64,000 bases of DNA from a virus. Of this stretch, positions 10,666 to 20,317 are shown in pieces. Both the position numbers and the translations under genes were made by a program. Within the stretch, counting starts at the first letter, position 1. Each line of letters opens with the position of its first letter. The notes beneath the pieces were generated by a model. That model was not told the origin of the DNA and did no database searches. It worked only from the letters and a program-made list of their open reading frames with translations. The stretch lies in the IMG/VR virus record IMGVR_UViG_3300020442_002635, positions 24,417-88,416 of that record; one strand, given 5' to 3'.

Positions 10666-10679
10666 TTTTAGTTATTTAT
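10666..10679 (-). promoter_or_regulatory. Late promoter-like ATAAATAACTAAAA
   Basis: Precedes 9034..10659. Confidence 0.7.
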
Positions 10680-13384
10680 GAACTTGGTTTGAATAGAACC
10701 TGTCCCGACGCGACACCATCATCAACTCCATACCAGTTTGTTCCTGGAATTTGATGTGGTGATGAACGAGGTGTTTTATCATTTAGGCCCAATTCAGCAT
10801 TACTATTATTTCCCCATACCCATGTTGTTCCATCATCTTTAGTTGCTATGAATCCATATCCACCCAAAGTTTTGACACGAGTCCATTGTGTTCCTGGAAG
10901 TTGAACTGGTGATGAACGGGGAGCTGATGAATTCCAACCACCGTAAATACTACCATAACCCCACGCCCATAATGTACCATCAGTTTTTACAATTGACATA
11001 TTCTGATAGTTTCCACTAGATACTGATTTTATATCAGACCATTGTATTCCTGGAACTTGAACTGGTGATGAACGCGATCCTATAAAATTGGCTCCAAAGT
11101 TTCCATGGTCATTCAGACCCCACGCCCACATTGTTCCATCAGTCTTGAATGCAAAACTAGCCCAATAAGCTGGATGTACAGAAGCCCATGTTCCAGGAAT
11201 TTGATGTGGTGATGAACGTTGTACATTACCATTAAGTCCGAGGATTCCAGCACCAACATCATTTCCCCATGCCCATAATGTTCCATCATCTTTTATAGCA
11301 AGAATACGAGCTCCACCTCCTATAGATCCATCTTGTGTGCTCCATGTTCCCGGAATTTGAGTTGGTGATGAACGATCTACTGTATCATTATGACCAAGGT
11401 GACCACCACCACCCAGTCCCCATGACCATAATGTTCCGTTAGTCTTGAATGCAAAATGCCCAGTATATGAATTGATGGGATAATCCCATTCTGTTCCTGG
11501 AACTTGTGTTGGTGATGAACGAGGTACTACATCATTAAGACCAAGATCTCCTGATACATTGTCTCCTATTGACCATAATGTATTATCAGTTTTTGTCAGT
11601 ATTATAGAATTGTTCTCTCCACCTTTACCTTTACCATCCCATTGGGTTCCCGGAATTTGAGTTGGTGATGAACGATGCATTGTATCATTAAGACCCAGAC
11701 TTCCATTAGTATTATTACCCCAGGCATATACTTCATAATCAGTACGTGCAACACTAACAACACTTTGCTTTGCTAATGTTTGATAACCATAGATAGCCAC
11801 GCTCGTCCAAGTTGTTCCTGGAAGTTGAATTGGTGATGAGTATCCAAGGCTTGTTCCTGCAGTTCCATTTAGACCAAAACCTCCCGCATAGCTACGACCC
11901 CACACCCAAAATGTTCCATCAGTTTTGGTCAATCCCATCATCGAGATTCCATGATCATATGAGTTTCTATCTGGCATCACCCAATTTCCTTGAAGTTGAA
12001 CAGGTGATGAATATTGCACCATGTCATTTTGCCCTAATTGACCATTAGCATTACCTCCCCAGATCCAGAATGTTCCATCAGTTTTGGATGCAAGTACTGG
12101 TCCACTTGTAGCGTTACTGATAAAATCACTCCATTGTGTTCCTGAAACTTGAACTGGTGATGAATATGTTACTCTACTATTTTGACCTAATTGACCGTCA
12201 TTATTTCCCCAAACCCACAATGTACCATCAGTTTTTTGTGCCATCTGATGGTATCTAGAATTATCAATTTTAGACCATGTTCCTGGAATTTGAACAGGTG
12301 ATGAATATGATACTATACTATTAAGACCTAACTGACCTTGCTGATTATATCCAAAAGTCCATAATGTTCCATCATCTTTTATGGCCGAAGCATAATACTC
12401 ACCTCCGGATACAAAAGTCCATTGTGTTCCTGGAATTTGTGTTGGTGATGAACGACTTATTCTATCACCTTGAGCTAATTCTCCAGCATCATCAGCACGT
12501 CCCCAACCCCATAATGTTTTATCACTTTTAATTGCATATGTTGAATGATATCCATTACTAATAACATTCCATGCTGTTCCTGAAACTTGAACTGGTGATG
12601 AGTAGTGGATTTCGTTATTTAATCCCAATCTACCTTGAGTGTTTTCACCCCACGCCCATAATGTGCTATCTGATTTAATACCAAAACCTCTGTTTCTTCC
12701 TCTTGAGATTTCTAACCATTGATTTCCTGGAATTTGAGCTGGTGATGAAAATCCATTAGGCCATGCCTGCCTAGTATTATTTCCAACCTGTCCATAATCA
12801 TTTCTACCCCAAGAGTATAAAACTCCTGATGTAGCAACATCTGCAGGATCATTCTGCAGTGATTCATAACCATACCAAGAAACACCCTGGTCTCTTGTGG
12901 TTAAATTAAAGACCTGAATAGCATCTGGACTATTACTGTCAATTAATGTGGGTTCAGTACCACCATTCCATATAATAGATGCAGGCCATGTAATAGATCG
13001 AGCAGTCGTAGTTTCGTCTTTTTTGCGAATAAATTGAACTTTTTGTACTGATTCAGTATTTGCAAATGCAACTGTTGTATCAGTATTGTGGGTAAAATAA
13101 ATTGCATTACCAGCAGAAAGATCAATTGTTGTTGTACCTGATATTGATGTAGTTGATTGTGCGGTCCATGCAGGTGATCCAACATTATCTAAATTACTTC
13201 CATCACCATACAATGTTGCTGTTACTATACCAAGAGTAATATTTGGTGTTCCTGAAAGTCCTGTTGCTGTTCCAGAAAAACTTCCAATAAAATTGCCAGC
13301 AGTTGTTATACCACTTACATCTAGTCCACCAGATAAGGTTACATTTTCAGTAGCATTGATCAGTTGTGCCTTCTGCTGACTCAT
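10676..13384 (-). CDS. RCC1-like double-propeller (14 repeats) fibre protein, class B
   Basis: Class B N-terminus followed by 14 SSPxQxxG repeats (two propellers). Confidence 0.8.
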   Translation of the reverse strand: MSQQKAQLINATENVTLSGGLDVSGITTAGNFIGSFSGTATGLSGTPNITLGIVTATLYGDGSNLDNVGSPAWTAQSTTSISGTTTIDLSAGNAIYFTHNTDTTVAFANTESVQKVQFIRKKDETTTARSITWPASIIWNGGTEPTLIDSNSPDAIQVFNLTTRDQGVSWYGYESLQNDPADVATSGVLYSWGRNDYGQVGNNTRQAWPNGFSSPAQIPGNQWLEISRGRNRGFGIKSDSTLWAWGENTQGRLGLNNEIHYSSPVQVSGTAWNVISNGYHSTYAIKSDKTLWGWGRADDAGELAQGDRISRSSPTQIPGTQWTFVSGGEYYASAIKDDGTLWTFGYNQQGQLGLNSIVSYSSPVQIPGTWSKIDNSRYHQMAQKTDGTLWVWGNNDGQLGQNSRVTYSSPVQVSGTQWSDFISNATSGPVLASKTDGTFWIWGGNANGQLGQNDMVQYSSPVQLQGNWVMPDRNSYDHGISMMGLTKTDGTFWVWGRSYAGGFGLNGTAGTSLGYSSPIQLPGTTWTSVAIYGYQTLAKQSVVSVARTDYEVYAWGNNTNGSLGLNDTMHRSSPTQIPGTQWDGKGKGGENNSIILTKTDNTLWSIGDNVSGDLGLNDVVPRSSPTQVPGTEWDYPINSYTGHFAFKTNGTLWSWGLGGGGHLGHNDTVDRSSPTQIPGTWSTQDGSIGGGARILAIKDDGTLWAWGNDVGAGILGLNGNVQRSSPHQIPGTWASVHPAYWASFAFKTDGTMWAWGLNDHGNFGANFIGSRSSPVQVPGIQWSDIKSVSSGNYQNMSIVKTDGTLWAWGYGSIYGGWNSSAPRSSPVQLPGTQWTRVKTLGGYGFIATKDDGTTWVWGNNSNAELGLNDKTPRSSPHQIPGTNWYGVDDGVASGQVLFKPSS

Positions 13385-13401
13385 TATGCTCTACGCTATT
13401 A

Positions 13402-14163
13402 CTATTTCTTTCTATATTTATAAACTTCCTCAGCGGTAATAATACTAGAACGTTTACGAATTAACTCTTTGACTGCAGGATCATTTTCTTGTTCTTTTGT
13501 TGGTAGATAAATTGCCTTTGAATGTGTTGCACAATTCTTTGGAGGATCAGTTAGATAATAAACTGCAATACTTTTACGATACTTATCTTCTGGACACTGA
13601 ATAGGATCTGGAAGCCCATGGTAAGAATTCTGAGTTGTGTCAAAAATAATTGCACGATTGAATAGTGTATCAATCTTTGTTGTATTAGTTTTTGATTGTA
13701 GATGTAACTGACCACCCCATGAAGGATCCCAGCCTTCACCAAGATAGATAATCAGATTTAGTTTTCTCTGTAATTTTAACTTTGGATGAATAGAATAATC
13801 CAAATGCATATTCAACTTATCACCCTGACCATGAAGATGCATACCACCTCCATGCAAACCTACATCAGGATATAACTTTTTAATGCCAGTAATTTTTTTG
13901 AGTTTAGAAATAAACTGTTGTGAGTTTAGATAGCAAAAAGTAGAATATGCATTTCGTGGAAAAAAGTTCCATGAATTACATGCTCTCTTCTTTTCTAATG
14001 GATTGTTATATATGTGCCAAACGTCTGAATTATAGTCAGGAAACTCATGACTAATTGCCAATGCAGTTTCCTCATCAAAGAAATTATCAATGACTACATG
14101 ATCATAAGGTTTTGCGTTCAAAAATTGTTCCTGAAGATTCAAGTAATCAAGTTTATTGATCAT
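13402..14163 (-). CDS. 2OG-Fe(II) oxygenase, prolyl-4-hydroxylase/Tpa1-like
   Basis: GGGMH...HLD...RKLNLIIYL...WGG...FNRAIIF...SYHG...RKSIAVYY (HxD...H...R). Confidence 0.85.
   Translation of the reverse strand: MINKLDYLNLQEQFLNAKPYDHVVIDNFFDEETALAISHEFPDYNSDVWHIYNNPLEKKRACNSWNFFPRNAYSTFCYLNSQQFISKLKKITGIKKLYPDVGLHGGGMHLHGQGDKLNMHLDYSIHPKLKLQRKLNLIIYLGEGWDPSWGGQLHLQSKTNTTKIDTLFNRAIIFDTTQNSYHGLPDPIQCPEDKYRKSIAVYYLTDPPKNCATHSKAIYLPTKEQENDPAVKELIRKRSSIITAEEVYKYRKK
13415..13422 (-). promoter_or_regulatory. T4-type late promoter TATAAATA
   Basis: Inside the 3' end of the oxygenase gene, ~30 nt upstream of the double-propeller gene. Confidence 0.65.
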
Positions 14164-14792
14164 AGATAATAGTCTTCAGTATAGATTGTAGAATGCATAC
14201 TAACATCTTCTTCTACAATATGCAAGTCTTTGGGTTTGAAATCTTTTCCTGTTCCAATCCAAAGTTCTCTATCAACCTTACGTTCAAATCCTCTAGTGAA
14301 TAAGAAATTATGGTCAAGTGTTTGTAGATAATCTGCATTAGCCCACCAGAAGTTACCACTGAAATGTGGTAATGGTTTCTGTCTCACTTTGACACCAACG
14401 CAATTATATTCATCTAGATGATGGAGACACTGCTTCCATTTATCAATGACATAGTATTCCATGAACAATCTCCATGCCTGAAGTTGTGGATGGTATGAGT
14501 CATTCTTACTCGCACCTTTACCATGGAAGAATAGAACTTTATAGTCAGGATTCTTCATGATAAAATCCATCATCGAAACCATTGTACCACCTTCATCACC
14601 AGTAAAATCATTGTATTGAACAATTGCATTTCTTGGTTTGGAGAACATCTCATATTGGCCACTAACTCCAATATGAATAAACTCTGCAGCATCAACTAAT
14701 CCAGATGTATACAAACGATGCATCTGTTGTTGATAGATAAACCCTGCAGTATTAGTTTGATATAGATGATAGAAAATTGCGATTTTACTCAT
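14160..14792 (-). CDS. Putative glycosyltransferase, RgpF-like GT-A
   Basis: IFYH...FFHGKG...W...HFSGNFWWAN...RELWIG resembles the HxKxS/GxxFW/ER motifs of rhamnan synthesis F-like proteins; sits among GT genes. Confidence 0.45.
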   Translation of the reverse strand: MSKIAIFYHLYQTNTAGFIYQQQMHRLYTSGLVDAAEFIHIGVSGQYEMFSKPRNAIVQYNDFTGDEGGTMVSMMDFIMKNPDYKVLFFHGKGASKNDSYHPQLQAWRLFMEYYVIDKWKQCLHHLDEYNCVGVKVRQKPLPHFSGNFWWANADYLQTLDHNFLFTRGFERKVDRELWIGTGKDFKPKDLHIVEEDVSMHSTIYTEDYYL

Positions 14793-15537
14793 AAACTTTA
14801 TCTTCTCCTAATGGAACTTCTGATGACAATCCAGGTGTAGCATTATGGTCTGCAAAATAACCACTTAGTCCAATAGGACTCAATTCTAAAACTTTTTCTT
14901 GATCTAAAACAGCATACATGACATGTTCAATATCAGTAAATTCTCCAGATTTATATTTGCTAATTATTAAGTCAAACATATCTTTATACTTAATTTTCAT
15001 GTACTCTATAAGAGTCCCATCAAAAGAGTATAGTCTGGTTCTATACTTAAATTTTGAAACAGGTTCAAATAAACCCGAATCTCCATAATATGGAGATGCA
15101 TTTAGTTTAGGTCCAAAAATTAATTTTCCTTTTGCTGACTCATGAATAAGGTAATTAAAATTATCATTTAGATAATATCTACCGGAAATTTTATATATTC
15201 TATCGTTTTCCTTTAAAAAATCTTGTTGATTCAAAAACAAATATAATAGATATAACTCGCATGGATGTTTGAAAACATTGGGTTTATGGTTAGCATGTGC
15301 AAATTTAATAAAGTCATCGCTATAACAGTCAAGAACTATATCACATGAAGATAAAAGAACTCTTTTTTGTTCTTCTGTTAAAGGTTTAGCTGCTCCGTCA
15401 ATAAGAACTATTTTAGAATCATTACATTTTTTTCTTATACTTGATATTGTTTCCAATGTCTGCTCAAATCTTTGATCTGAATTAAAAAATCCATAATCAA
15501 CATTAATACCAGATGTAATCAAAAACCAATTTGTCAT
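14785..15537 (-). CDS. Putative glycosyltransferase-like protein (KISGRY family)
   Basis: LITS...RFEQTL.TI.S...KISGRY...RLYSF...DIEH pattern, which I associate with polysaccharide/GT loci; context. Confidence 0.4.
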   Translation of the reverse strand: MTNWFLITSGINVDYGFFNSDQRFEQTLETISSIRKKCNDSKIVLIDGAAKPLTEEQKRVLLSSCDIVLDCYSDDFIKFAHANHKPNVFKHPCELYLLYLFLNQQDFLKENDRIYKISGRYYLNDNFNYLIHESAKGKLIFGPKLNASPYYGDSGLFEPVSKFKYRTRLYSFDGTLIEYMKIKYKDMFDLIISKYKSGEFTDIEHVMYAVLDQEKVLELSPIGLSGYFADHNATPGLSSEVPLGEDKVYE

Positions 15538-15582
15538 TTTATTTTTACGTTGTGTACCTGAAGAATTACAAATAAGTGAGTT

Positions 15583-16200
15583 TTATTTTCCATGGAAAAA
15601 TAATAATTGAACTAATCTTGCTGATTGATCATCAGTACCAAACCACTCACCATTAGAGTGCCACATAAATGGATTGAACATTACAAGGCGATTATACTTG
15701 AATGCGATATTATCAGTCTCAATCCATTTACTACGATCTTTTCCTTCAGTATTAAAGAAGTCTACCATATCATTATGGGATTGTATACCATGTTCTTCAG
15801 CTTCTGCCATGCCTGGCGCAAACTCCCATCCAGTTCTTTTATGTTTCCAGAACTTTGTACCACCTGTTGGATGGAATGTTGGAGTGAGATAAATCACTCC
15901 CGCCCATACTAATCCTGGATTGGGATCAAAGTGAACATCTTGCGTTCCATGTTGACCTATCTTAGTTCTTCTAAAGTAAGAACACTTGTTATATGGCTTT
16001 GTTGTGAGTTCCATACCAACAATATCTGAACATACTTTAGTAAGTTCTTCTTTGCCATGCTCATGTTCACTATCACGACCAGGCCAGTTTCTTACCTTAT
16101 CTTCTTGATATTCTACACCTAATGCATAGTCACGAACTGAATCTGGATTTTGGTAGAAATTATCAACTACAATTAAATTCTTTCTGTAAGATTTTTCCAT
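15583..16200 (-). CDS. 2OG-Fe(II) oxygenase (DUF6445-like)
   Basis: VVDNFY.NPD.VR..AL...PG.R..., HFD, AGVIYL, GGT.FW, YNRLV.F...HS...RL.QL.F. Confidence 0.8.
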   Translation of the reverse strand: MEKSYRKNLIVVDNFYQNPDSVRDYALGVEYQEDKVRNWPGRDSEHEHGKEELTKVCSDIVGMELTTKPYNKCSYFRRTKIGQHGTQDVHFDPNPGLVWAGVIYLTPTFHPTGGTKFWKHKRTGWEFAPGMAEAEEHGIQSHNDMVDFFNTEGKDRSKWIETDNIAFKYNRLVMFNPFMWHSNGEWFGTDDQSARLVQLLFFHGK

Positions 16201-16811
16201 TTATTCAATGCTTCTCTTGCCATTTGTAATGCTAGTGGTTTATCACCTGTTCCTGTATGTATGAGGTATTCTCTCTGCCATGGTTCCCATGTAATTCCAG
16301 TATACCTGAGACCATACTTGGCCATGTTTTGAGAAATACAATACTCATCGATGTCACCCTCACGAACAAATGTGATGCGTCTACCCTGTTCAGGAGTAAT
16401 CGTCAAAGGTTCCCATACATCATGAGTAGAACGATATGATATAACAAAGTTTGATGCAATACCAACATCACGACCATCACGCATAAAGTAATGATTCAGA
16501 TGAAACTTTGTACTTGCATTATAGTTATCATTGAATCCAATGTGATGTGGAGGTACAATCGTTGCAGCATCAGGAAACTGTGGATGAATCAGAACATCTG
16601 CATCCACAAGAAGATTTACATCAGCATCTTTCCCTGCCTCCCATACCTGCATCTTTTCATAGTTGATATGAAACTCAGGAAACTTTCGTTCAGTAATTAG
16701 ATTAATGTCATAACCATATCTCTGTGCATATGCTTGCACAGTAGGAAAAGTCATTTCAAATAACTCAGGAAAAAAGTTATTGATATTAACAATGTGTAGA
16801 ATCTTTTTCAT
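16173..16811 (-). CDS. GT-A glycosyltransferase (GT34/MNN10-like)
   Basis: YAQRYGYD...YEK...LLVDADVLI (DxD motif)...DE. Confidence 0.6.
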   Translation of the reverse strand: MKKILHIVNINNFFPELFEMTFPTVQAYAQRYGYDINLITERKFPEFHINYEKMQVWEAGKDADVNLLVDADVLIHPQFPDAATIVPPHHIGFNDNYNASTKFHLNHYFMRDGRDVGIASNFVISYRSTHDVWEPLTITPEQGRRITFVREGDIDEYCISQNMAKYGLRYTGITWEPWQREYLIHTGTGDKPLALQMAREALNKWKNLTERI

Positions 16812-17404
16812 GAAATATTACCTGCAACAGAGATACGATAGTTATCACTTGTAAAGAATGGATATACTGTATGAAGAAGTTTACTTGGGAACATAACGAT
16901 ACGACCTTCCCATCCATTTGTTACTTCTAATCTTTCATTAAGGATATTACCAAGAACACTAGAATAAACAAACTGAAATGCTGATGCTGTTTTTAAAGTA
17001 GAGTTCTGACTATGAGGTACTTGGTATTCATTTTCAATGTTATATGGAATCTGCATCCAGATAACAAAACTCAGTAAACCATCGTGGTTATGAATGGGGT
17101 TATACTCAGTTTTACTTTGATAATTTACCCATAAACTATCTACTTTGAAGTCATAATCTGGATAGTAATCAAAGTGTTTTCCATATTGACGTGCCATTTC
17201 TTCAAGAAATGGATTCATAAACTCTTGTGACTTTTTAAGTTGATACTCTTTTTTTATTTGCCCAGCAAGAGAGTTATTCATTTTTAAGTATCCAGCATCA
17301 CTTTTCTCTATTTCTTTAATTTCAGACATCAATCCTTCAAAAATATTACGAGGAAGAGTGCTTATTGTAAGGCCAGGATTTTTTAAGTGAACGTGATTAA
17401 ACAT
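16808..17404 (-). CDS. 2OG-Fe(II) oxygenase (TIGR02466-like)
   Basis: WVNY....YNPIHNH.G.LSFV.W...FPS.L.H.V.PF...RISVAGN. Confidence 0.85.
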   Translation of the reverse strand: MFNHVHLKNPGLTISTLPRNIFEGLMSEIKEIEKSDAGYLKMNNSLAGQIKKEYQLKKSQEFMNPFLEEMARQYGKHFDYYPDYDFKVDSLWVNYQSKTEYNPIHNHDGLLSFVIWMQIPYNIENEYQVPHSQNSTLKTASAFQFVYSSVLGNILNERLEVTNGWEGRIVMFPSKLLHTVYPFFTSDNYRISVAGNIS

Positions 17405-18269
17405 TTAATTTAAGATAAGAGTTTTCAGGTAATGACCAAGGATTTTTATTTCTTTCCCAAAGATTAATTACGTCTTCATTTGACCAATAGAAAGGTTTAT
17501 CTCCAGCAACAGACATGTGCATAAGATCTGGTTGAAGAGGCATGAACATCATAAAGTCTGGTTTTTGCCATACTTCAGAGATTGTATTGCCTTCCCAGAT
17601 AGCAGGATCACTACCTGTTGTTTGGAGAGTATCAAAAATATCTTTATACTTTTTGAAAACCTCGGCCTTAAGCATGAACGTCTCTTGAGTATACCATGTT
17701 GTGCGATAAAAACCAACTGGTGTTGGTACTACATGACAAGGACGAACATATGCATGAGCAAAACGATTATCTGGATATGGAAATAACTGAACAAAACATT
17801 GAGGGAAAATCCCAATGTCATGCTCAGGTGTAAAATTATTTAAATATTCCCATGCAGATATCATTCTTGTGATTGCATTATCCTGATGCAATTGATCATC
17901 ATCCATGATATAGACATAATCTTCATCAGGTAATGTGTAGATATAGTCATAGGCCAATTTGACACTATACCTAGATTGTACATGAGGACTTTGCCCTTCA
18001 GTATTTCTTTCTCCAATAAATTGAATATTTACTTTCTTGCCAGACTTCTCTGACATCCCATGGATTCCATTCTTTAAATGTTGACTAGAACGATCATCAA
18101 ATATTGTTACATCAACATTCTCAAAGTCTTTGATATTTCTGAATACAGAATTAAGACAGCGCAATGTACACTCTGTCTTATTTACAATTCTTTTACTTTG
18201 AATAGAACCTCTATCGCAGGTTCTGACTACAATATGTAGATTATTGTTCAGTAACATATCGTTTATCAA
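17397..18269 (-). CDS. GT2-like glycosyltransferase
   Basis: IVVRTCDR...FDDRSS...YIMDDDQLH GT-A motifs. Confidence 0.65.
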   Translation of the reverse strand: MINDMLLNNNLHIVVRTCDRGSIQSKRIVNKTECTLRCLNSVFRNIKDFENVDVTIFDDRSSQHLKNGIHGMSEKSGKKVNIQFIGERNTEGQSPHVQSRYSVKLAYDYIYTLPDEDYVYIMDDDQLHQDNAITRMISAWEYLNNFTPEHDIGIFPQCFVQLFPYPDNRFAHAYVRPCHVVPTPVGFYRTTWYTQETFMLKAEVFKKYKDIFDTLQTTGSDPAIWEGNTISEVWQKPDFMMFMPLQPDLMHMSVAGDKPFYWSNEDVINLWERNKNPWSLPENSYLKLNV

Positions 18270-18783
18270 TATTCATAGAGACTGCAATTCTTCGTGCATC
18301 AGTCTTAGGGACTTCATGATGCAACCATGCTGGGAAAACAACCAACATACCAGTTTCAGGTTGAACTTTTACTTCATCCTCAAAAATAATTGGAGCACAT
18401 CCAGGTTCAACATCAACATAATAGACAGCAGCAAAGTCACTTGGATAGTGTGAGTGTCTAATTGTATGATCACCCTTCTCATACATCATAGCCCAAAAGT
18501 TGAAGCAGATAAAATCAACTTCACAATTAAAAAAATCTTTTGATGCAAACTTACAGAAGTTCAGGACCACATCAATGATTGGTTTGAACTTTGGATTATC
18601 ATTATGTGTTCCATAATTTGAGTGCCATGCCTTAACATTACTCTCATTAGATTCTGGATTATTATTACGATGCTCAAAGATAACCTGCTTGAGATATGCA
18701 TTCATCTCATCCTTATTGCTAAGGATAGTTGTGAATATGGGTAGTGTCTTTTTAATCGTTTTGATTTCTACAGTGTTTATCAT
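18241..18783 (-). CDS. 2OG-Fe(II) oxygenase (TIGR02466-like)
   Basis: WAMMY.KGD...HSH....AAVYY...FPAWL.H.VP...RIAVSMN. Confidence 0.85.
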   Translation of the reverse strand: MINTVEIKTIKKTLPIFTTILSNKDEMNAYLKQVIFEHRNNNPESNESNVKAWHSNYGTHNDNPKFKPIIDVVLNFCKFASKDFFNCEVDFICFNFWAMMYEKGDHTIRHSHYPSDFAAVYYVDVEPGCAPIIFEDEVKVQPETGMLVVFPAWLHHEVPKTDARRIAVSMNIDKRYVTEQ

Positions 18784-19436
18784 AACCAGGTTTTATGAAT
18801 AGTTGAAAGTCCATGATTCTTATCATATGCATAGATACCATCTTGGACAATAGGAAAGATATCTGCACGAAGAATAACATCAAGTGTTGTTGTGATTCCT
18901 TGTTGTAAAACATAAGAAATCATATTCTTTGCAATATGTGGATCAATAGCATATGCATGAGCACGACAGATGAAACGATAGAGACCATTATGATCTGTTC
19001 CATGTGGAGGAATTGAAATTACCTCTGCACCACGTTTCTGCTCTGATGATCCCAGATATACAATATTATTCAAATACTTATGGAACATATAAGGCCTTTC
19101 CATCACTGCATCGTGCTCAAGAATTACGATAGGTTTATCAATACTCAAACAATGACACCATAGTGCAAAGTGACTATAGAAAGTTGCAATCTGAGTTGGA
19201 GTAATCCATGATGTATGAACACGCAAGAAATTAATAAATGCCTGATCTTTTAATCCTTCAGGCACCTTGATTTCTCCTGACCTACCATTAAATGCCTCAA
19301 ACAGTTTGTATGGTTGTCCTACATTTTCACAAGACTGTATGCATTGCTGAGTAAGTTTCTCAGATATTTCATCTCCTGGAAGTGTAATAATATATGCACT
19401 CTCTACATTTGTGTCATATGATGCCAAATAATTCAT
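18780..19436 (-). CDS. Glycosyltransferase family 25
   Basis: AYIITL...FEAFNG...IATFYSH..LW...ILEHDA...AHAYAI motifs of GT25. Confidence 0.75.
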   Translation of the reverse strand: MNYLASYDTNVESAYIITLPGDEISEKLTQQCIQSCENVGQPYKLFEAFNGRSGEIKVPEGLKDQAFINFLRVHTSWITPTQIATFYSHFALWCHCLSIDKPIVILEHDAVMERPYMFHKYLNNIVYLGSSEQKRGAEVISIPPHGTDHNGLYRFICRAHAYAIDPHIAKNMISYVLQQGITTTLDVILRADIFPIVQDGIYAYDKNHGLSTIHKTWL

Positions 19437-20266
19437 ACAAATTCAGGATAAAAAGTCTTGTAGTATTCTATATTATTTTGAATCACCAGTTGTGATTGCT
19501 CTGGTGTCATTACCTTTGGCCAACGTGGTTCTAACTTATGAAGTTTAGTTCCAGTCTTGTGTGTGACCATTGAACGATACACAGTATCATGTTCATAATA
19601 ATCGGAAGGTGGGATATTGTCAAAATCGTGTTCAAAGTATTCCTCACCAAGGAACTGATAGAGACTTTGGAATGTTCCTCTTGGATTTTCGTTGAAGTCT
19701 TCGTGTCTTAGGATAAAGAAATTATCTGGATGCTTCTGTGCTACTTCCATGACATGTGGAAGCATATTTAATGGACGACCAAGATTGGCCATACCATCAG
19801 TACAATACAACTCCATTCTTTTTTCAAATGGTTCGTGTTGGAAATGATGAGTTTCATCACCAACAATAATATTCGGATACTTATTAAGAAGAGATTCAAA
19901 TGAACAAATAATATCTCTTAGATCTCTAATAATATAAATGTATTTTGAATTTGGATTGAGTGCAAGAGTATGATTCAAATATTCAGACCATACCCTTGAC
20001 TTTGATACAACAACTGGTTTATCTGTCATACTCTCAAACCATCCACGAAATCCTTGTCGCAGAAAGTTTAGATATGCATCATTGAGTACATCTTTATCAA
20101 GTGCAATAAATTCACTAACCTGACTTGAAATATTCCTACAGGATTCTACAAAATAAGGAAGTGGACATGTGCCAGTCGTAAAAAATCTTGGATTCTCATT
20201 CAGGATATTCATGATCACTGATGAGCAAGTTCTAGGAAGGCCTAGACAATAATGAAGTTGTTGCAT
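19433..20266 (-). CDS. PAPS-dependent sulfotransferase
   Basis: 5'-PSB-like GLPRTCSS, 3'-PB-like IIRDLRDIICSF, and LRHEDF..NP. Confidence 0.8.
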   Translation of the reverse strand: MQQLHYCLGLPRTCSSVIMNILNENPRFFTTGTCPLPYFVESCRNISSQVSEFIALDKDVLNDAYLNFLRQGFRGWFESMTDKPVVVSKSRVWSEYLNHTLALNPNSKYIYIIRDLRDIICSFESLLNKYPNIIVGDETHHFQHEPFEKRMELYCTDGMANLGRPLNMLPHVMEVAQKHPDNFFILRHEDFNENPRGTFQSLYQFLGEEYFEHDFDNIPPSDYYEHDTVYRSMVTHKTGTKLHKLEPRWPKVMTPEQSQLVIQNNIEYYKTFYPEFV

Positions 20267-20290
20267 AATTTAGAAATTTTGAGTATTTAT
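20264..20290 (-). promoter_or_regulatory. Late promoter plus leader ATAAATACTCAAAATTTCTAAATTATG
   Basis: 26/27 nt identical to 26456..26482; heads the sulfotransferase-led enzyme run. Confidence 0.7.
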
Positions 20291-20317
20291 CAGTTTAGTT
20301 AACCATACTAAGATTTA

